Assembly (NCBI RefSeq): GCF_000016385.1
Contig: NC_009376.1
Location: forward strand, 1,972,179-2,004,178
DNA length: 32,000 nt
Direction of reading: 5' to 3'
Origin: Pyrobaculum arsenaticum DSM 13514
Lineage (GTDB): Archaea > Thermoproteota > Thermoprotei > Thermoproteales > Thermoproteaceae
A program made the position numbers and the translations under genes. The notes beneath the pieces are model-generated. The model searched no databases. It saw only the letters and a list, made by a program, of their open reading frames with translations, and was not told the DNA's origin. Each line of letters opens with the position of its first letter. Position 1 is the first letter of the stretch. Shown here one piece after another: positions 8,890-16,557 of this stretch.

Positions 8890-9675
8890 GTGGTCATCGC
8901 CTTGTTGACCGATTTCGGGACTAAGGACTACTTCGTGGCCGCTATGAAGGGCGTAATACTGTCGATTAACCCGAAAGCGGCCGTAGTCGATATCACTCAC
9001 GAAATCCCGCCACAAGACGTATGGACTGGAGCCTTCGTGCTGAAATCCGCGTATAAGTGGTTCCCCCGTGGCACAATTTTTTTGGCTGTGGTGGACCCCG
9101 GCGTGGGCACGGAGAGGGCTCCCCTCATTATTAAAACGAGGCGCTACTTCTTCGTAGGCCCCGACAACGGTTTGCTCTCCCTCGCCGCTGAGGAAGACGG
9201 CGTAGAGGAGTTATACAGAATAACCGCGTCGCTTCCCCAAACCTCGTCGACATTCCACGGCCGGGACGTCTTTGCCCCAGCGGCTGCGTACCTCTCGCTG
9301 GGCGTAGAGCCGCCGATGCTAGGCATCCCCACCAGCCAGTGGACGAAGTTAACAATGCCCAAGCCGCGCCTAGAAAACGGCGTTCTCTACGTAAACGTGA
9401 TTTACATAGACAGGTTCGGCAACGCCTATACGTCAGCCGGAGCTGAGATATACCAAATCGCCTCTGTAGGCGACAAGCTCTGTGTAGAGACGCCGGCGGG
9501 GGAGGTGTCGGCGACTTTCGTCAAGTCTTACGGATATGCACAGCCAGGAGAGGCGGTCATGTTGGTAAACAGCGAGGGCTATCTAGAACTGGCAATCTCC
9601 ATGGGCAACGCCGCGGCGAAATACGGCCTCAAACCGGGCCAAGAGCTAAAAATCCGCATATGTCAACAGAAGTGA
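8890..9675 (+). CDS. S-adenosyl-L-methionine hydroxide adenosyltransferase family protein (DUF62)
   Basis: N-terminal LLTDFGTKDYFVAAMKGVI and FHGRDVFAPAAA are characteristic of this family. GTG start 26 nt after ATTATAAAAA. Confidence 0.85.
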   Translation: MVIALLTDFGTKDYFVAAMKGVILSINPKAAVVDITHEIPPQDVWTGAFVLKSAYKWFPRGTIFLAVVDPGVGTERAPLIIKTRRYFFVGPDNGLLSLAAEEDGVEELYRITASLPQTSSTFHGRDVFAPAAAYLSLGVEPPMLGIPTSQWTKLTMPKPRLENGVLYVNVIYIDRFGNAYTSAGAEIYQIASVGDKLCVETPAGEVSATFVKSYGYAQPGEAVMLVNSEGYLELAISMGNAAAKYGLKPGQELKIRICQQK

Positions 9676-9724
9676 TGACCTAACCGCCGCCCTGAGGAGT
9701 GAAGAAAGGCAAAGTGCTGACCAC
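9668..9724 (+). ncRNA. C/D box sRNA candidate (2'-O-methylation guide)
   Basis: C box GTGATGA at 9672-9678, a 13-nt spacer, and D' CTGA at 9692-9695. Then a 3-nt loop, C' GTGAAGA at 9699-9705, an 11-nt spacer, and D box CTGA at 9717-9720. The stop codon of the upstream CDS (9673-9675) lies inside the C box. Confidence 0.5.
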
Positions 9725-9827
9725 TGGCGTACGCGGAGCTTTCATCGACGCCCCGTAGGGGCTACTCAGCCCCAGAGAACAGTTTTTGGTGGTTTAAATA
9801 TACGTTCCCGGCGCCGCACGAGAAAAA

Positions 9828-9835
9828 TTTATAAA
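9828..9835 (+). promoter_or_regulatory. TATA box of the 5S rRNA gene
   Basis: TTTATAAA is centred about 24 nt upstream of the predicted 5S 5' end. Confidence 0.6.
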
Positions 9836-9854
9836 CACGAGGAAACTTGGTACT

Positions 9855-9984
9855 GCCCCTAACCCGGCCATAGGCGCCGGTGCTACGCCCGGACTCATCA
9901 GAACCCGGAAGCTAAGGCCGGCGCCGCGCACGGGAGTACTGGGCTCCGAGAGGGCCCGGGAAACCGGCGTGCTGGGAGGGGGCT
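9855..9984 (+). rRNA. rrf: 5S ribosomal RNA (stand-alone)
   Basis: Contains the conserved 5S core CCCGGACUCAUCAGAACCCGGAAGCUAAG. Helix I pairs GCCCCU at 9855-9860 with GGGGGC at 9978-9983. Helix II pairs GGCGCCGG with CCGGCGCC, and GCACG pairs with CGUGC in helix IV/V. Ends are accurate to about 2 nt. Confidence 0.93.
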
Positions 9985-10314
9985 TCTCTTCCCGAATATG
10001 CACAGCTAAACAACCCATAGGCGGCTTGAGCCATGGATCCTATTCCTCATCATGAGGTTGAGCAGTGGAGGTTTAGGCGGCTTGACAGCGACATGCGCCT
10101 TCACTTTATCACAACCCATGTACTTACCACGTAGCGACAGTAGGCGTCACTTACAATACAGTAGGTAAACGCGGCGTCGGGGACTGGCAACAACTCTTAG
10201 GACCAGATGTGGACGCCGAACAAACGGCGAGTTTGACGATACCGGAAGGCGAGAGGCGGACAGTCAAAACTCGGAGGCGGGCATGCCGGCGCGGCGCAAG
10301 CGCCGTGGGTGGGC

Positions 10315-11361
10315 CTATCTGCTGTAGCCTACTCCGTCTACTTCTAGTACATATCTTGCCGCCTGTTTTTCCACCTTGAACTTCACTGGCAAGAACTGCT
10401 CCACGATGTAGATGTTTGTCTTGAGGTGCATAGTCTCTTCTGATGTGCTCAGCCTGCTCCTCCCGTCGGCCAGTGCCATGTACACAACTGCCATGTCGGC
10501 CATGTGGGGGTCCAACGTGGCGCCGGTTTTAAGCACGGCGGCAAGCTTCTCGGCGGCTTCGCGGCCAACTACCTCGGCGGGCTTTCCCTTCTCTCCTAAT
10601 GAGTCCCCGCCTACGGTGCTTCCGCTTTCCGAGTAGGCCCAGAGGACAACACCGCTGCCGGGGCCAAGGCCGTCGGCCCGCACCTCCGTTGATATCTCGG
10701 CTCTGTACCCCAGCTTTGCCAAGACTTCGGCGGCCGCCCTAGCCTGCCTCTCCGCCACGTGGCTCGGGAGATTTACGGCATGGGATATCCCGCGTATTTC
10801 CAGTACCTTCCCGAACTCTTCTAAACTCACGGGTGAGAGCTTTTTCACCGGCTCTACTCTCAGCACCGCCCTCCCCCCTCCTTTGGGGTAGTGGCCACGC
10901 CTTATAAGCTCTATCTCCACCCTTGCGCCGAATAGGGATAAGACCTTTGCGAATACAAACCGCATATAGTCGATGGGAGGCGACCACGACACGTCCGTGC
11001 CGCCGGAGATGGCTATTCGGGTGGGGCACGGGGCGAACAGCAAAACCGGGGCGAGGGTCTGGACAACTAGGGAGATGCTACCAGCAGTGCCTATGTCTAT
11101 GTCGAAGGACCCACACTTAATGTCCCTGGGCTTGAAGAACAGCCTCGTGGAGCCCTTAACGGCTCCCTCCACTTCGGCGTCTGTAAGCAAGGCGGCGGCC
11201 CTCACGCCGGTGAGGTGCTGCGGCTGGAGCCCCGGGTTCGCCCTCTTAGCCCGTATGTTTATTATCTCCACAGGCTTGCCCAAGAGAGCGGATAAGGCAA
11301 TTGACGTCCGCAAAATTTGGCCTCCGCCCTCCCCGTAGGAGCCGTCGATCCGGACAACCAC
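10315..11361 (-). CDS. rtcA: RNA 3'-terminal phosphate cyclase
   Basis: N-terminal [22 protein letters not shown] is the RtcA signature. I moved the start to the in-frame GTG at 11361 because the listed ATG at 11457 lies beyond the shared TATA box and inside psmB. Confidence 0.9.
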   Translation of the reverse strand: MVVRIDGSYGEGGGQILRTSIALSALLGKPVEIINIRAKRANPGLQPQHLTGVRAAALLTDAEVEGAVKGSTRLFFKPRDIKCGSFDIDIGTAGSISLVVQTLAPVLLFAPCPTRIAISGGTDVSWSPPIDYMRFVFAKVLSLFGARVEIELIRRGHYPKGGGRAVLRVEPVKKLSPVSLEEFGKVLEIRGISHAVNLPSHVAERQARAAAEVLAKLGYRAEISTEVRADGLGPGSGVVLWAYSESGSTVGGDSLGEKGKPAEVVGREAAEKLAAVLKTGATLDPHMADMAVVYMALADGRSRLSTSEETMHLKTNIYIVEQFLPVKFKVEKQAARYVLEVDGVGYSR

Positions 11362-11385
11362 GTCTCGTTCTAGGAACGTGATATA

Positions 11386-11393
11386 TTTATAAA
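11386..11393. promoter_or_regulatory. Palindromic TATA box shared by divergent rtcA and psmB
   Basis: TTTATAAA is its own reverse complement. Its near edges lie about 20 nt (psmB ATG 11414) and about 24 nt (rtcA GTG 11361) from the two start codons. Confidence 0.55.
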
Positions 11394-11413
11394 TGAGAAG
11401 TGTGGCGAAGCCC

Positions 11414-12025
11414 ATGGGAGAGGAGGTGCAGATTGGGGCAACTGCAGTTGGCATCAAGGCGAAAGATGGGGTTGTCCTAGCCGCTGAGAAGCGGGTCTCG
11501 TACGGGTTCTACACTCTCAGCTCCGCGGGGAGAAAAGTATTCGTAATCGACGACAAGTTGGCTATAGCGTCGGCAGGCATAATTGCCGATATGCAGTCCC
11601 TGGCCCGGATCGTTAAGATCAACGCCAAGGCGTATGAACTGGAGACGAGGAAGAAGCCAACTGTCAGGTCGATGGCTAAACTGCTCTCGGTGATTATGTT
11701 TAGCAGGAGGTATATGCCGTTTTTCGCAGAGGTGCTAGTAGGTGGCGTAGACGAAGAGGGTAGCCATCTAATCGTGATGGATCCCCTCGGCAGTTTGATC
11801 GAGGACAACTACGCCGCCTTGGGCACCGGCGCTAAACTCGCCATCTCCGTGCTGGACACGGGCTACAGGGAGGACATAACTCTTCAGGATGCTAAGAAAC
11901 TCGCGGTGAAGGCTCTGAAAGCGGCAATTGAAAGAGACCCTGTCTCGGGGGGCGGCATAGATCTGGTATTGATTGACCAGACAGGTGCAAAGGAGGAGGA
12001 GGTCAAAGTACAGCTACTGATATAG
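11414..12025 (+). CDS. psmB: Proteasome subunit beta
   Basis: [20 protein letters not shown] and the overall Ntn-hydrolase beta-subunit pattern. The upstream ATG at 11393 overlaps the TATA box itself, so ATG 11414 is preferred. Confidence 0.9.
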   Translation: MGEEVQIGATAVGIKAKDGVVLAAEKRVSYGFYTLSSAGRKVFVIDDKLAIASAGIIADMQSLARIVKINAKAYELETRKKPTVRSMAKLLSVIMFSRRYMPFFAEVLVGGVDEEGSHLIVMDPLGSLIEDNYAALGTGAKLAISVLDTGYREDITLQDAKKLAVKALKAAIERDPVSGGGIDLVLIDQTGAKEEEVKVQLLI

Positions 12026-12086
12026 CAGGACAGATTGGATAGCTACCTCTGTTATACAGCTTCTAAAAAGAGAAGAAAAACAGGAG

Positions 12087-12986
12087 TTATTGACCCTTTA
12101 GTTTGGATATCTTGTTTATAAGTATCGGCACTATTTTGTATAGATCCTCCACGACGCCATAATCGGCGTTTTGGAATATCGGTGCGGAGGGGTCGTTGTT
12201 TATTGCGGCTATGATTCTGCTCTCCAATATGCCGGCTATGTGCTGGGGCTGTCCGGATATCCCTATGGCGAGGTACAATTTGGGCTTTACTTTTTTACCC
12301 GATAGGCCGACCCAGTGCTCCTCCGGTAGCCACTTGAGGTCGGCGGCGATGGGGCGGGAGCACCCTACTTGGCCGCCCATGATCTTGGCCAGTTCGAAGG
12401 CCATCTGCAAGTCCTCCTTCTTCTTAAAGCCTCTGCCCACTGAGACGATTATCTCCGCCTCCTCCAGCTTCACGGCCCCTCTGGCCTTCTCCTCAACTGA
12501 CACTATCCTCGTCTTGGGCGTAGTGTCCAGCTGGAGCTTCTCTACAGATGTCTGTACCGCCGGCGGCTCTCCTTGGAATCTGCCAGGCGGAACAGTGACG
12601 ACGACAGGGAGCGGGACCTCTATCGTAGCCACCGCCTTGTTTCCGAAGACGTACCTCTCCGCCTTGAGAGATCCGCCCTCTACTCGGAGGGAGGTCGCGT
12701 CTACTATTAGCTCTGCGCCGAGCCTCTGGGCGAGGAGGCCGCCCACAGTCTTGCCGTTTTTAGTAGATGGCAACAACACGACGTCTACGCCTTGCGCAAC
12801 CCTCGATGCTGCCTCGGCAACGGCCTCCGGTAACCTTACATCTACATTTGCCACGACCACCCTATGCGCCTTGCCCTTGATCCCCTCTGCCTCGCCCTCG
12901 TTGAAGACCAGGGCTACCACTTCCCCGCCAAGTGTTGATGCTACGTAGAGTAGCTCCTTGGTGGGGTATACTACCAGCGTCTTCAT
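12087..12986 (-). CDS. etfA: Electron transfer flavoprotein subunit alpha
   Basis: C-terminal FAD-binding signature PKLYLAIGISGQPQHIAG. Overlaps the etfB stop by 4 nt. Confidence 0.9.
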   Translation of the reverse strand: MKTLVVYPTKELLYVASTLGGEVVALVFNEGEAEGIKGKAHRVVVANVDVRLPEAVAEAASRVAQGVDVVLLPSTKNGKTVGGLLAQRLGAELIVDATSLRVEGGSLKAERYVFGNKAVATIEVPLPVVVTVPPGRFQGEPPAVQTSVEKLQLDTTPKTRIVSVEEKARGAVKLEEAEIIVSVGRGFKKKEDLQMAFELAKIMGGQVGCSRPIAADLKWLPEEHWVGLSGKKVKPKLYLAIGISGQPQHIAGILESRIIAAINNDPSAPIFQNADYGVVEDLYKIVPILINKISKLKGQ

Positions 12987-13753
12987 ATCACTCCCTCCTG
13001 CTTTAGGTATTGTATGAGCTTCTCCGCTTTTTCTTCAGGCGTCCCGTCCTTAATCACAACCTTCTTTCTCTGCATCAACAACGGCCTATAGGCCGCCGAC
13101 ACCCTAGGCTCCACGGTTATACCAAGGTCGGCAAGGGTTAGCTTGTTGATCGGCTTTTTCATGGCCGCCCTTATTGCCAGGAGGGTGGGTATCCTGGGCT
13201 GGTTTATCTCCCTCGTCACTGATACAACTGCGGGGAGGGGCACCTCCACCACCTCTACGTGGTCTTCCAGATCGCGCTTCGCCACCAGCTTTCCGCCCTC
13301 CACCTTAAGCTCCCTGACGTAGGTGACCACCGGCCAGCCCAACTCGGCGGCTACCCTCGGCGGTATCTGCCCCGTGTAGTTGTCCACAGTGGCCTCGCCG
13401 GCGAGTACCAAGTCTGCGCCCACCTTTTTCACCACCGCGGCAATCGCCTTAGCCGTGGCAGCGTGGCTGGCGTTTATCAACTTCTCGTCGGCTACTAGGT
13501 AGGCCTCGTCTAGCCCCATCGCCAACGCCTCCCTCAACACGTTCTCAGCCTCCTGTATCCTCCTCTGCAACGGGCCCCATTTTAAGACAGTTACGCCATA
13601 TGCCTTGTCTTGGCCCTTCAGCTTAACAGCCTCCTCCACCGCGTTTCTGTCTATGTCGCTTATCTTTAGCGGGGTCTCCTCCACCACCACCGTGTCCCTC
13701 ACCCGGAGCTGGCTAGTGTCAAGAGCTGTCTTCATGAGTACAGCTATTTTCAT
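12983..13753 (-). CDS. etfB: Electron transfer flavoprotein subunit beta
   Basis: N-terminal MKIAVLMK..D and overall similarity to ETF beta. Translationally coupled to etfA. Confidence 0.85.
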   Translation of the reverse strand: MKIAVLMKTALDTSQLRVRDTVVVEETPLKISDIDRNAVEEAVKLKGQDKAYGVTVLKWGPLQRRIQEAENVLREALAMGLDEAYLVADEKLINASHAATAKAIAAVVKKVGADLVLAGEATVDNYTGQIPPRVAAELGWPVVTYVRELKVEGGKLVAKRDLEDHVEVVEVPLPAVVSVTREINQPRIPTLLAIRAAMKKPINKLTLADLGITVEPRVSAAYRPLLMQRKKVVIKDGTPEEKAEKLIQYLKQEGVI

Positions 13754-13944
13754 AGCCGCCTCTTTTTGAGCACTTTTTTAAGGTGAATATTGCCAATAGT
13801 AGAAATCTTTCAATACAACTCGCGGCGTGGCAACACCGGAGGCCCATGCCTGCTGAGTTAAGATAAGGCCCAGCCTCCTCTGTCTGTGACGGCCTACGAG
13901 ATAACCCAATCCGGTAGCGTCTTGCTCGCAAAGCGACGCTACAG

Positions 13945-14307
13945 TTATTCGCAGAATAGGCCGTAGTCGTCGGCTAGAACCACGCGGTGTTTTAAGGCCT
14001 CGCGCCACCAAGGTTTTTCCAGAGCCTTCGCCGCCTCTTCCGGCGTCCAGCAGATGGCCTCCACCCTCGGCGGGGCGTCGAGCAACGCAACGCAACGGGT
14101 CACGAAGTCAGTGCCTCAAAACCGCTCGGATACAATTATCACGTCGATGTCGCTCCACAAATTGAAGTCGCCCCTGGCGTACGAGCCGTAGAGCACGGCT
14201 GTTAGTTTGCCCCACCTCGCCCTCAGCGCCTCCACGTACCTCTTTACTCCCTCAATTACCTCCTCCCGCTCCCGCGTCCTTTTTCTTATTATCTCCTCTA
14301 TCGACAT
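13945..14307 (-). pseudogene. Minimal nucleotidyltransferase (MNT, antitoxin-type) interrupted by an in-frame TGA
   Basis: The NTase core GSYARGD..SDIDVIIV is followed by SERF and a TGA at 14116-14118. The same frame then stays open for 56 more codons (GTDFVTRCVALLDAPPRVEAICWTPEEAAKALEKPWWREALKHRVVLADDYGLFCE) to a TAA at 13945-13947, which looks like the normal MNT C-terminal half. Confidence 0.7.
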
Positions 14308-14351
14308 GGGGAACAGCCCTTAACCCAGCCGATTACCTGCTCGGCGCACTC

Positions 14352-14714
14352 CTACGCCTTAGCCGCCTCCTCTTCCGTATACCGCTCGTAGGGGACGCCC
14401 TCGGTCAAGGCATCTGGGTACCTAGGCGTTAGGCACATCTTATCCAGATAGCCGACGCAGAACCTCAGCTCCCCGCCAGTTGTGGGGCACAGCCCAGCCA
14501 GCTCGTTAAACAGCGCAACTAAGTTGTGGCCAAACGCAGGCCGCCCTAGCGCCCGTAGCAACGCCCTAGTTGCAAACTCAGCGGCTTGTTGCGCCTTGAA
14601 GCAGGCCCATGAGTAGGACCCGATGTCCAAGTCAGCCCGTATAGACTGTAAAGTATGCTCAGCCTGCCTCATCCACCTCCAGTACTCATAGCAGACCAGC
14701 ACAATCCTTCCCAT
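14352..14714 (-). CDS. HEPN domain protein (toxin partner of MNT)
   Basis: WRWMRQAEHTLQSIRADL followed by an Rx4H motif (GRPAFGH). The start is ambiguous between 14750, 14714 and 14672. TATATAAAA at about 14722-14730 argues against 14750. Confidence 0.75.
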   Translation of the reverse strand: MGRIVLVCYEYWRWMRQAEHTLQSIRADLDIGSYSWACFKAQQAAEFATRALLRALGRPAFGHNLVALFNELAGLCPTTGGELRFCVGYLDKMCLTPRYPDALTEGVPYERYTEEEAAKA

Positions 14715-14799
14715 TTGCAGTTTTATATACAACACACGGCTGGGCTTCAACTCTTCTTGAACACGCTATGAAGAAGGCCTCGCTTCTGTGGATGTGGGG
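14665..14799. repeat. Direct repeat DR1, copy A: diverged nop2 3' end plus the real HEPN 5' end
   Basis: 14767-14799 is identical to 16753-16785 (33/33, checked base by base). Colinear blocks of weaker similarity continue leftward to about 14665: CCGTGT, TGTGCTGG and AGTACT.GAGGTGGA. Confidence 0.8.
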
Positions 14800-14810
14800 A
14801 TACACATGCA

Positions 14811-14963
14811 TTAACGTATGATATAAACTAAGAAGACAATTGCCGACGCCGTAACAGCCGCTGCAACGGCTAATTGGAGCGAGCTTTTTACAAATTTATA
14901 GACCTCGTTATATACATACGCCGCCAAACCGGCTAACACGCCGACGGCAACCACGTCAAACAC
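14811..14963 (-). CDS. Unannotated 50-aa hydrophobic peptide with two predicted TM helices
   Basis: Hand translation gives (V/M)FDVVAVGVLAGLAAYVYNEVYKFVKSSLQLAVAAAVTASAIVFLVYIIR then TAA. The GTG start lies 2 nt after the stop of the upstream ORF. It falls below the 60-aa cutoff of the ORF track. Confidence 0.3.
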   Translation of the reverse strand: MFDVVAVGVLAGLAAYVYNEVYKFVKSSLQLAVAAAVTASAIVFLVYIIR

Positions 14964-14964
14964 A

Positions 14965-15321
14965 CTATGCTATACGGGCTAATTTTATAAGCTTTAACTT
15001 ATCAAGCCTATATCCTCTTGTAGCTATGTAGTAGCAGACTTCGCACGGCATTTTGAAATCTTTGTTCACCTCAATGCCGTGTTCTTTTAATATAGCAAGA
15101 GGGCCGGCATATCTCAATGCAAGAACCAACGCGTTTCTCCTAATTCTCTTTACTATATCTACAAGCGAGTCTTGCGAGATATTGCCCACCTTAAAAAACC
15201 ACTGTGCCTCACTCTGAGTTATTGGATGGCCGCAACAATACATAGCATCACCATTAGGAAGGATGGTCAGCCTAGCCCCAGCTTTCGCCATAAAGTTTTT
15301 TGCGAATTTTTGAGCTTTCAT
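14965..15321 (-). CDS. Degenerate SPASM/twitch-like Cys-containing ORF (possible radical-SAM accessory-domain remnant)
   Basis: KAGARLTILPNGDAMYCC resembles the C-x-AG...PdGdv.pC segment of SPASM domains, but K replaces the first Cys. It has a CEVC pair but lacks the remaining Cys residues. Only about 17 codons are open upstream, so no radical-SAM core is attached. About 42% GC. Confidence 0.35.
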   Translation of the reverse strand: MKAQKFAKNFMAKAGARLTILPNGDAMYCCGHPITQSEAQWFFKVGNISQDSLVDIVKRIRRNALVLALRYAGPLAILKEHGIEVNKDFKMPCEVCYYIATRGYRLDKLKLIKLARIA

Positions 15322-15832
15322 GACGATGGCCCAGCACAGGTGGAGGAAACACAGATTTTCGCTCGTTATCCTTTACCTAATTTCCGTCGGCGTAATAGCT
15401 TTAGGGATCTTCCACTTCTATTTGCACAGCGTAAATCCTCCAAAAGAGCCTATGGCGCGCCTAGGGCCTTATCTGGTCATAGGAACGGGGCTGGCGGCGA
15501 TGGCTACTATCCCTTTGTTGGAGCCTGTCCGCGCTGTTGTGAGGCGCGGCGAGATTATCCTCAAGACTCGTTGGCTTACTAAGAGAATCACAGGCTTCAG
15601 GGTGGTGAAGAAGTTCTCCACGTCGGAGCTCTTGAACTACGTCTACATGTGCCCCGTGGGGTGGCGCCTCGACCTCTGGTCTCTTTACGGCATCTGCTCC
15701 ACTGCGTTTGGGAGGGCGGTCGCGTTTTCTACGCCTTCCTGTTCCGACGAGTGGATAGTGGTAGAGGCAGACAGCAAGCGGTATGTAATATGTTGCGAAG
15801 AGGAGGATAGGGAGATATGCGCAGGTTTATAG
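15320..15832 (+). CDS. Membrane protein with two N-terminal TM helices and a Cys-rich C-terminal domain (hypothetical)
   Basis: Hydrophobic segments FSLVILYLISVGVIALGIF and YLVIGTGLAAMATIPLL are followed by a soluble part containing 6 Cys. Overlaps the next ORF by 16 nt. Its ATG overlaps the divergent ATG of 14965..15321 (CATG). Confidence 0.5.
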   Translation: MTMAQHRWRKHRFSLVILYLISVGVIALGIFHFYLHSVNPPKEPMARLGPYLVIGTGLAAMATIPLLEPVRAVVRRGEIILKTRWLTKRITGFRVVKKFSTSELLNYVYMCPVGWRLDLWSLYGICSTAFGRAVAFSTPSCSDEWIVVEADSKRYVICCEEEDREICAGL

Positions 15833-16557
15833 CGGTGACCTTCGGCTTAGGGTGGGCTTTTCAGTTTGCCCATCCCACCTCCTACTTCTGGCTGGCCGCC
15901 GCTATGTGGGCGCCTGCACTGGGCGCGCTTGCTGAGGGGTTTAGGCCCCCGCCCCCGGCGCTGACCGCCGGGAGGAGGATAAGTTACTGGAAGTCTGTGT
16001 GGCCGATTGCGCTGTGGGTCGCCCTATTGGTGGCCTCCACGTTGCCATTTCAGCCCGTCCAGCCCCAGGCGGCGCCGAGCCACTTAATGTACTTGCTCAC
16101 AGCACCCTTTATGCCCGCAGTGGTGGCATTTATAGGCGCCTTTGGCGAGGAGTACGGCTGGCGGGGCTATTTACTGCCAGCCCTCGCCCAGAGGCTTGGC
16201 TACTTCAAGGCGTCTCTCATGGTGGGGGTTGTGTGGGGTTTTTGGCACACGCCGGCTATCGGCTATGAGTACGGCTGGTTTTGGCGCGTTGAGGGCGTGC
16301 TCCTCTTTGTCCTTCCCACTATTCTCCTCTCCCTACTCCACACAGCGGCTTATTTACAATACGGCGTATGGGGGGCCGCATTGCTACATGGGGCCGTCAA
16401 CTCGTGGGCGCCTACGTACTTTCTTCTGTATCCACAGCTCTTAGATGAGAGGTGGCTCTGGGGACCTGTAGGTCTTCAAGGCGTTGCAACCCTCATACCC
16501 GTGGCTTGGATAGTCTGGAAGATGTACGCACGCAGTGTTGACAAAACGCCGCCCTGA
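15817..16557 (+). CDS. CPBP family intramembrane glutamic endopeptidase (CAAX protease / Abi family)
   Basis: All three family motifs are present: GEEYGWRGYLLP (EExxxR), FWHTP (FxxxH) and HGAVN (HxxxN), in a polytopic membrane protein. Confidence 0.85.
   Translation: MRRFIAVTFGLGWAFQFAHPTSYFWLAAAMWAPALGALAEGFRPPPPALTAGRRISYWKSVWPIALWVALLVASTLPFQPVQPQAAPSHLMYLLTAPFMPAVVAFIGAFGEEYGWRGYLLPALAQRLGYFKASLMVGVVWGFWHTPAIGYEYGWFWRVEGVLLFVLPTILLSLLHTAAYLQYGVWGAALLHGAVNSWAPTYFLLYPQLLDERWLWGPVGLQGVATLIPVAWIVWKMYARSVDKTPP

Noticed and set aside
9794-10018. 74-aa ORF on the minus strand
   Set aside because: It is antisense to the 5S rRNA gene (9855-9984), and that region is fully explained by the rRNA.
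10047-10053. ATGATGA on the minus strand as a C box
   Set aside because: No CTGA D or D' box lies at the required 12-nt or ~50-nt distances. The motif is part of the CCTCAT-C-ATGAGG near-palindrome.
13778-14095. 105-aa ORF on the minus strand downstream of the MNT ORF
   Set aside because: It overlaps, in a different frame, the 56-codon continuation of the MNT reading frame, and that continuation has the expected MNT C-terminal character. The 105-aa product is Arg/Gly-rich with no motif.
14983-14994. TTTTATAAGCTT shared between 14983-14994 and 30881-30892
   Set aside because: It is a 12-nt A/T-rich TATA-like sequence containing a palindromic AAGCTT. It is probably promoter-type sequence recurring by chance, and the flanks do not align.
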